From Mesotaenium endlicherianum (taxonomy: Eukaryota), in the NCBI GenBank assembly GCA_009602735.1, contig WELA01002665.1, forward strand, positions 61,711-100,494: 38,784 nt of DNA, written 5' to 3'. This document shows, one piece after another, positions 34,701 to 38,784 of this stretch (its first letter is position 1; each line of letters starts with the position of its first letter). The position numbers and the translations under genes are program-made. Under the pieces are notes generated by a model. The model searched no databases and was not told the origin of the DNA. It saw nothing but the letters and a program-made list of their open reading frames with translations.

Positions 34701-34885
34701 TGTGTGTCCGTGTGTTTGAGACTTGCGTGTGCTCACATGTCTGCACATCTTTATTGTTCTAATGTAATACGTGTATTAAATAGTGTTATTTATTGGCTAA
34801 TGTAAGATTGGTGAACTTGCTCTCGCAGGTGGAGGAAGCCTCGCAATGGATCACTTTAAGACCACAATATGAAGTCATAAATTGA
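19582..34885 (+). CDS. HAP2: HAP2/GCS1 gamete fusogen (class II fusion protein), spliced gene of 19 exons, about 970+ aa
   Basis: Manual splicing gives a phase-consistent frame (one junction hidden by an N): signal peptide; [94 protein letters not shown] (HAP2-GCS1 motif); [36 protein letters not shown] plus a TM segment; cytoplasmic tail. Exons: 19582-19827, 20294-20434, 21174-21302, 22373-22478, 23177-23234, 24003-24081, <=24744-24901, 25148-25299, 25980-26060, 26445-26545, 27221-27338, 28055-28090, 28486-28579, 29496-29584, 30168-30250, 31953-32059, 32459-33330, 33798-34004, 34829-34885. An upstream in-frame ATG exists at 19297. Confidence 0.95.
20294..20434 (+). CDS. HAP2: HAP2 exon 2
   Basis: cag|[10 protein letters not shown]...[22 protein letters not shown]|gtaaga; phase 0/0. 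Confidence 0.9.
21174..21302 (+). CDS. HAP2: HAP2 exon 3
   Basis: cag|[43 protein letters not shown]|gtgcag; phase 0/0. Confidence 0.9.
22373..22478 (+). CDS. HAP2: HAP2 exon 4 (fusion-loop region)
   Basis: cag|[36 protein letters not shown]|gtcact; phase 0/1. An alternative same-phase donor would end the exon at 22472. Confidence 0.88.
23177..23234 (+). CDS. HAP2: HAP2 exon 5
   Basis: tgcag|(G)[20 protein letters not shown]|gcaagc; GC donor, phase 1/2. Confidence 0.85.
24003..24081 (+). CDS. HAP2: HAP2 exon 6
   Basis: tgcag|(W)[26 protein letters not shown]|gtgaga; phase 2/0. Confidence 0.88.
24429..24492. repeat. Compound microsatellite (CT)n(GT)n
   Basis: Read directly; lies in HAP2 intron 6. 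Confidence 0.95.
24744..24901 (+). CDS. HAP2: HAP2 exon 7 (5' end hidden at the N at 24743)
   Basis: [35 protein letters not shown]...DPDVA A|gtgagt; conserved LxGDF...YL/FL motif; acceptor not visible. Confidence 0.85.
25148..25299 (+). CDS. HAP2: HAP2 exon 8 (HAP2-GCS1 signature)
   Basis: gcag|(T)[50 protein letters not shown]|gtgcgc; phase 1/0. Confidence 0.95.
25980..26060 (+). CDS. HAP2: HAP2 exon 9
   Basis: acag|[27 protein letters not shown]|gtatgt; D..R...G..P.Y motif that follows the signature. Confidence 0.85.
26445..26545 (+). CDS. HAP2: HAP2 exon 10
   Basis: acag|[35 protein letters not shown]|gtaagt; phase 0/2. Confidence 0.9.
27221..27338 (+). CDS. HAP2: HAP2 exon 11 (start of domain III)
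   Basis: ttcag|(K)[39 protein letters not shown]|gtgaga; phase 2/0. Confidence 0.92.
28055..28090 (+). CDS. HAP2: HAP2 exon 12 (36-nt micro-exon)
   Basis: gcag|[12 protein letters not shown]|gtaagc; supplies a domain III cysteine. Confidence 0.85.
28486..28579 (+). CDS. HAP2: HAP2 exon 13
   Basis: gcag|[32 protein letters not shown]|gtgcgt; phase 0/1. Confidence 0.88.
28712..28762. repeat. (GA)n microsatellite
   Basis: Read directly; lies in HAP2 intron 13. Confidence 0.95.
29243..29480. repeat. Two-copy diverged direct repeat (~120 bp) in HAP2 intron 13
   Basis: agcc(a/g)tgaatctca(c/t)agag...gctctca...aa(t/a)tgtcgtaggtcctaa(a)ccct...tcatc(a/g)atccctg occurs twice. Confidence 0.8.
29496..29584 (+). 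CDS. HAP2: HAP2 exon 14
   Basis: ctcag|(V)[29 protein letters not shown]|gtgcga; phase 1/0; end of domain III (D...F.T.A....G/NQ pattern). Confidence 0.88.
30168..30250 (+). CDS. HAP2: HAP2 exon 15 (stem)
   Basis: ggcag|[29 protein letters not shown]|gtgcgc; phase 0/2 matches the next exon. Confidence 0.75.
31953..32059 (+). CDS. HAP2: HAP2 exon 16 (Cys-rich pre-TM segment and start of TM)
   Basis: ccag|(S)[36 protein letters not shown]|gtaagg; completes CxxC..D..C.....CW. Confidence 0.85.
32459..33330 (+). CDS. HAP2: HAP2 exon 17 (end of TM and low-complexity cytoplasmic tail)
   Basis: ggcag|(A)[26 protein letters not shown]-rich..poly-[22 protein letters not shown]|gtataa; an in-frame alternative acceptor lies at 32489. 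Confidence 0.78.
33798..34004 (+). CDS. HAP2: HAP2 exon 18 (putative C-terminal globular domain)
   Basis: ttgcag|[23 protein letters not shown]...RFSV...[18 protein letters not shown]|gtctgt; phase 0/0. Confidence 0.72.
34829..34885 (+). CDS. HAP2: HAP2 terminal exon 19
   Basis: ctcgcag|[18 protein letters not shown]; phase 0, TGA at 34883-34885. Confidence 0.62.
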   Translation: MEEASQWITLRPQYEVIN

Positions 34886-37106
34886 CCCTGCTCGGTTATT
34901 GTGAGTGACAACATGCGCGGATGGCTGGAGTCAGTAGCAGCGGAAGCCCGATATTATGAAAGTATACGATTCTGAAATCAAGTTTTGTGGATTACGCACA
35001 CATGAGGAGGACAACTCGCCAGCTGAAGCAGTTCTACATCCTGACACACTGCGCTTGTGCTTAGTGCTGTGATAGTAACTTATTGTTTACTTACATTAAC
35101 GACAAGAGGTTGTGCCAAAGCTACATGAGCTTTGCATGTTGTCGTTACTAGATCGAAAAACAGGATACACAGTCAAGGCTGGTAATGCTTCGGAGTTTGA
35201 CTGCGTGCGTGGCCGGCTCCAATATAAGCACGGACTGATGTATTAGGACTCTTGAGATTTTTCATCCACTTGCACTTTCAGCAGCAGTATTCCTCAGCAA
35301 TTGCAGTAGCTTACAATCGTGCACAGCTGTCCACATGCAGCCTTCATGAGCAATTCCATGAATCCCATGCAGAGCCTCCGTTTTTTACAAATATAGACTT
35401 TCTAACACAGCTGACCTTGTACCCACGTACCCACACGACCACTGTGAATCTTGAACCCTACCCCCTTAATCTCAAGCCCTGAGCTCTAACCCTAAACCCT
35501 AATCCATATACTCACTACACCAATGCTAAACCTACGAAGACATTGCTGCTGCTAATTTCATGTCCAAGTTGGAGCTGGTGCTCCTGCAGCAATCGGTGTT
35601 GTCTTCAAGAGTCAAGACCTTACAAGTTTTACTACAAACTTCAAGCCCGGATATTCTACCCGCAAGCACCCTAACATGGCACGCCACAAGGCACCAGCTG
35701 AAGGTCCAATCAAGCGCAAGGGAAGCGGGGCATCCAGGTGTTTTCTCTTAGTAAAGTTGAACAATGATTTTTAGGGGTACGGCTACAACGCCAAGAAAGT
35801 AGTGCATGTATACTTTTCTGGAGTCTGGACCAGAGGCGGGTCCTTTGCATTGCTCGCAAGTCAAACTCCCAAATCGGGCGACGACGCTGATTTTTCACAA
35901 ACCGCAATCAAGTACTGTTCGTCCGAAACCCTCCGGTTCTGGAGTATAGCATGTACTGACAACGCAACACAGTATACGAGTACAGCTGGCACGAGTACGA
36001 TGCGCCCCGAGAGTCCACGATTCGGAGCATGTCCCCTCTTTCTACACTTTCATCAGACTGGAAGATGCCCACAGCAAGCAAGGAAGACGGTAAATACTGA
36101 GCCCCTAAGGCCCTGAGCCCCTAAGGCCCAGACCTCACGCCTTGAATTTGAACTCGAGAGTCGAAATCCTTCAAGCCCCCAAGGTCTGAACAGCCTGGCT
36201 GAGCCATGGCGGCCCCTGGCAGCCAATGGCAGCCGCATGCAGGCCCAGAGCTGCTGCCATGCCCCACAGCCAGCAGGGAGACAGCCAGCAGGCAAAACAA
36301 AAGCTCAACACCACTGAGCAAACGAAAAGAAGTACTCCGGCTACAGCTACTGTCCACAGCACCCTGCCGGCACCGCTCTGACCCGTGGCACTCCTCCTCC
36401 TCCAACTCCTCCGGCTGCTGCTGCTGCTGCTGCTCGCGGCTGCTGCTGCCCTCCTCAATGCCCATTGGTCGCGGCCGTTCGCCTCCATTCCCACACGCTC
36501 AAGTAGCCAGCTGAAGGCTTTGGCAAGTGAACCTCCCAGACTTGCGGAATGTTCCTAGCACCTGCCAACAGCACAGCACAGCAGCGCCGCCGTCTCGTCG
36601 TTGGCTCGCCAGTGGAGTGTCGCAGGGGACAGTCGAGGCATAGGTGGCACTAAGAGAGAAGGGGGGAAGCGAAGCTAAGAGGGGGAGTGGGTTGAGTGGG
36701 GNNNNNNNNNNNNNNNNNNNNNNNNNNNNNNNNNNNNNNNNNNNNNNNNNNNNNNNNNNNNNNNNNNNNNNNNNNNNNNNNNNNNNNNNNNNNNNNNNNN
36801 NNNNNNNNNNNNNNNNNNNNNNNNNNNNNNNNNNNNNNNNNNNNNNNNNNNNNNNNNNNNNNNNNNNNNNNNNNNNNNNNNNNNNNNNNNNNNNNNNNNN
36901 NNNNNNNNNNNNNNNNNNNNNNNNNNNNNNNNNNNNNNNNNNNNNNNNNNNNNNNNNNNNNGGGGGGGGTGGTGGAGAGGGGGTGCAGAGGGTGGATGGC
37001 GGGTGGGGTTCGACGAGCCCTTGTTTCTAGCAGCGGCAGCAGCTCTTGATGCCCACCGGCCCCCGTGGGCCCCATGGCCCAGGGCCCACGGCCCCCACAG
37101 GCCCTC

Positions 37107-38452
37107 TCATGGTTTATCTGTAACTTCACGAGCACTGTACATGGATGATAGATCTCCATACTCTACAGAAACAAGAGCCCCGGAGTCGTTCTAGTCCGTG
37201 TGCATGCGCCTCCCACCCTCACCCCAAGCCCCCCTCCCCCCTCGCCCTCGCCCCTTCGCCCCTTCCCGCCACCCGCCTCCCTCGTCCCCATTTGCCTCCT
37301 TTTTTCTGGCTGGACGCCGCTATCCAGTTTCAGGCCTTGCCCCGAGGCTGCTTCGCAGGCAGGTCTGGGGAGGTTCGGAAAAGGTCCGGAAAGGGCTGGC
37401 AGGTCCGGAAGCGGTCCGGGGAAGGTGTGGAAGTGTGAGGAGTCTGGATAAGGCCTATCCAATTCTGCGTTACAGTCATCGTGAATCTGCAGGTGGCAGA
37501 TGGGGACGTCGCCGACAAGCCAGCTGCCTCAATAGCAAGGAGGTGGGGTCTATGTCTATGATACAGGTGTCGTCTGTAGGCTTGAGGTAGTTTTTAAAGT
37601 TTGGGCCTTAGGAAAATCATAAGATTCAGGGTGCGCGTGCTCAAGAATCAGGAATAGGGGTTGAGCGCTTTAAGCCTTGGGCTGGACACTTGGACTGGAT
37701 TGAGAAGAGGAACAAAAGGAGAGAGGCAGGGTAGGAGGGAGGGAGGGAGGCAGGAAGGGAGGGAGGGAGGGGAGGGGAGGGCAAGGAAGGAGGGAGGGAG
37801 GGCATAGTGTGACAAGAGAAGATTTGTCACCATGTGTTCTGTGTGCAAAGGGCGCGCGCGGAAAGCATCTCACGCTCGATTGCTCCCGTGCATGCGTACG
37901 TCGCGACAAGAGTCCCAAAGGCGAGGGCCACACACGCGAGTACAGAAAAGTGCACGCACCACACACAGAGAACGAGACATGCCGAAGACTACACGCTTTC
38001 TGGCATTCGGGCAAGTACGCATGAAACAGCCTCACACGAGCTCCACCCACAACAATCTCGGCCAAGGGAATCAGCATCAGGCAGGGCAGGACACGGCCCG
38101 TGCCGTCCTGCGGCGCATCTGCCAGGTGTTGCCACCCAGGGCGACCAAGTAGCCATGCGATGTTCTCGAGGTCTGATGCTCTCCCTTCCCCCACCTCGCC
38201 CCTCGCCTTACACCTAGCCCTCCCCTCCGCCTCCCCCCTCCCCCTCGCCCTCCCCTTCCCCTTCACCTTCCCCCTCGTCCCCTCTCGCTCCTCCCCACGC
38301 CCCGGGGTGCGAGGGAAGCAGCACAGCAAGAGCAACCCCTAGGCTACCTTGCAATCTGCATCAGGACGCGTTAAAGAGGGTAACAAAAACCTAGAGAGAC
38401 TCAGACTCACCGTTCAGGATGCAGAACCTGCCACCTGGGCGATAGTGCAGGC
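37107..38452 (-). CDS. Possible 3' exons of a third, unidentified minus-strand gene that starts beyond the window
   Basis: Candidate exon 38452-38411 (cag|GLHYRPGGRFCILN G|gtgagt) joins in phase with 37162-37107 (ttgtttctgtag|EYGDLSSMYSAREVTDKP*). No family recognised. Confidence 0.25.
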
Positions 38453-38784
38453 CTGAGCCACCAGGGTGTACTTTCAGGGTGATGCACAGATGCAGGGTTT
38501 CGGGTTTCGGGTGTGACGTGGAGTGTGAGGTCAGGGTCTTCCGGGTCTGGTACTCGGGTCTAAATTCTCGGGTGTAAGATTCCGGGTGTCGGCTCCAGCC
38601 TCAAAGTGATTCCCCGTTAGGGTTTTGGGCCCTTGGCAGATTGAAAAGCCCGCAGCGGCAGCAATAAATTAACTGTGCAGATCTACGACCAGAGCCAAAA
38701 CCCAAGACCCTCATCCCGAAGCCTGGAGAAGCCCAAATGTGATCATGCAGCAAGCATTATGTATGTGCGGGGTGGGGAAGGGGG

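Noticed and set aside
19582..34885. Endogenous viral class II glycoprotein or archaeal fusexin origin
   Set aside because: It has 18 spliceosomal introns, canonical eukaryotic HAP2 motifs and no viral or mobile genes nearby
35486..35503. ctaaccctaaaccctaat as a chromosome end
   Set aside because: Only two to three units, interstitial, with unique sequence continuing on both sides

Overview
Eukaryotic, intron-rich draft-assembly DNA with several N gaps. It is most likely from a green/streptophyte alga (inference from plant-type TTTAGGG motifs, a plant-style mTERF gene and GT/GC-repeat-rich introns). Two spliced genes can be rebuilt by hand, arranged head to head. (1) On the minus strand (~5709-17993), an mTERF-repeat organellar RNA/DNA-binding protein with a very long low-complexity N-terminus; some exons are hidden in gaps. 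(2) On the plus strand (~19582-34885, 19 exons), an apparently intact HAP2/GCS1 gamete fusogen (class II fusion fold). It has one GC-AG intron and an unusual cytoplasmic tail: about 250 aa of low-complexity sequence followed by a separately exon-encoded, globular-looking C-terminal domain. Bases 1-5650 look like degenerate coding/TE relics plus a CCTAG/CCTAC satellite, and 36100-38784 may hold the 3' end of a third minus-strand gene. The most striking non-coding pattern is intron architecture: degenerate 'echo' copies of adjacent exon ends and splice sites inside introns, often spaced by telomere-like TTTAGGG motifs, plus sense-strand (UG/CG)n tracts ahead of purine-rich acceptors.
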